Of a stretch of DNA of 64,000 nucleotides, positions 62,176-64,000 are shown piece after piece. Position 1 is the first letter of the stretch, and every line of letters begins with the position of its first letter. The notes beneath the pieces are model-generated. The model had not been told where the DNA came from and did not search any database. It was given only the letters and a program-made list of their open reading frames with translations. Both the position numbers and the translations under genes were made by a program. This DNA comes from Callorhinchus milii (Eukaryota): the NCBI RefSeq assembly GCF_018977255.1, contig NW_024704743.1:40240001-40304000 (forward strand), in the 5' to 3' direction.

Positions 62176-63864
62176 ATGATTGATAACAAATTCATCAATA
62201 TTTATGATTTTTTTCGATAATATCTATAAATATGGTCTTGATCTGCCTGGGGTTTCCCACCTCTCCTCACTCTTGAATGCATAATCTGACTTTTCCACTC
62301 TTGGCCTCCTACACTGTTGCAGCCAAAATCACTGCATCAGGGTAACGAAAATTTCAATTTGGGCGAAAAATGAAATGTTTCACAATAGATTCAATGTGCA
62401 TCTGTTAATATTCATATTCCTCTTCAAACTCATCAACTCACTGACCACAACATTTTTGAAGAAATTCCACCAGGGTCTAGATTCACTCTATTTTCTTGGC
62501 ATTTTAGTGTGTCCAGAATTTGGCAAGTTGTTGAATTCATTTTTCCTCTTGAAGCTGTTTTTTCTGCCATTCTTAAAATAAATAATTTTAGGATAAATTT
62601 ATTTTAAAATAAATAATTTTAAGAATTAGCATTTAAGAATTTGTCAAATTCGGGATACTCTAAATTCCTAAGAATATAGAATAAATCAAGACCTAGGTAA
62701 TTTTCAGATTAAACATTTTTTTACATCTCATTCATCTTCCATACTAAGTCTCAGGAAAGACATTACACAACTGCCAATTTATTTCTATTGTCTCACCATG
62801 TATGCCTTTCTCATGCCTTTGTTCTACAAATGTTGTGCATCTGATTCGTCTCTGAGATTATCTTTGTATTATGTACAGCCCTTGAAAACTTCTTTCACAC
62901 TGCGTTAATGCATTAGCTGCCTCTTTGTGCATGCAATTTGTCTGTTTCGCCTCTGAAGAAGATGTATCCAATCCTTCTGTTCAAATTCTGTGGTGGGTTA
63001 GACATATGGTGTAACCCATCACTTTAGAGTTTATCCCATGAAGTGTTTTTAAGACGTCGCGATGAAGTGATAAAATGCTATATTAAATGCAAGTATTATT
63101 ATCTTCTTTCAAATCACAATTGACCTTGTGTCCATTTCCAGCATTTCCTGTCATTTAAGTGGCTTTAACCATACTGTCCCAACACATAACTTAAAATGAG
63201 TACACATATTCTTGTAACTAGCCTCAAGTATCTTTTTGGCTCAGTTGGAAGCAATTTTGGTTCTGGATCAGAAGCTATGAGTATAAGCCTCACATTGAAC
63301 CTTGAGCTCATGTGCTAGTCTGGTAGCTGATATACATGATGAGATTCAGAAAGTGTTTTCTACACAAAACATTTCAGAAGATGGAATCCCATTCTCAATG
63401 AATAATCCTTTCTGCCCTGTATTTTGTATTGTAATCACATACATAACATTTTTACAAGGTGTCTCAGCACCAAAACAAGCACCAAGGTGTATCAAATGTT
63501 ATACTTTTGCTGAAAGCCAATTCAGCCTCATAAGCTGATAAAAAAAATCAAGGGAAAGTATAGCTTTCAATAATAAAGAACATGAACTTTCAAGTCAATA
63601 ACAGCATGTATTGATATAGGATCACTTGTGTACAAAATATTTAAAGCATTTAGCAATTAAAGTAATAGAAAGAAAGTTTATATGTCTCAATTTTTAATTC
63701 TTTCTGTCTTTAAGAAATGAAGAAAATATAATAAACAGACATAATAAACGTTGCATTTGATGCTGGTTTTATCACATTATCGAGGCTTCTGAAGGTTCTT
63801 AATTTTATTGTAAATTATAATGATTGTGTATTTGTAGGGGTACCCAGCCGTCAATTTTCGCACA

Positions 63865-64000
63865 ACAACAAACAAAATTGCATTTAGATAGAACCTTTCA
63901 CTGTGAAAGGACGTCCAAAGGCGCTGGACAATGAGGGTTTTGCACCCAAGCTTTGGGTTGGGATCAAGGAGAGGTAGAGTGCAAGGGGTGGAGAAGGGAA
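63865..64000 (-). mobile_element. L2 3' tail running off the window end
   Basis: acaacaacaaacaaaattgcatttagatagaacctttcactgtgaaaggacgtccaaaggcgctggac. Confidence 0.7.

Noticed and set aside
1..64000. CRISPR arrays, operons or other prokaryotic systems
   Set aside because: Vertebrate repeat-rich DNA; the recurring motifs are dispersed retroposon tails, not regularly spaced repeat-spacer units

Overview
Repeat-dense eukaryotic (vertebrate) non-coding DNA; no intact protein-coding gene is supported. The repeat content (tRNA-headed Deu-domain SINEs with L2 tails, several L2 families, CR1, Penelope-like elements) points to a cartilaginous fish, most likely a holocephalan such as Callorhinchus (inference). 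Nearly all longer ORFs in the track are decayed L2/CR1 ORF2 pieces or their antisense shadows. A ~4 kb island free of interspersed repeats (~38.6-42.5 kb) contains a probable minus-strand core promoter and non-coding first exon (donor CAAGTG|GTAAGT at 41605/41604), so most of the left part of the window is probably a long intron of an unidentified gene. Most notable: (i) a full-length tRNA-Glu(CTC) copy fused through a 10-nt linker to an L2 3' tail and flanked by a TSD-like repeat (proto-SINE-like chimera, 43576-43740); (ii) Penelope-like elements with inverted architecture and a minimal hammerhead-ribozyme motif; (iii) an R4/Dong-type RLE retrotransposon fragment sitting in an (ATT)n SINE tail; (iv) recurrent fold-back/templated sequence at L2 5' junctions; (v) a probable solo LTR. 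Repeat boundaries were placed by eye and are approximate unless stated.
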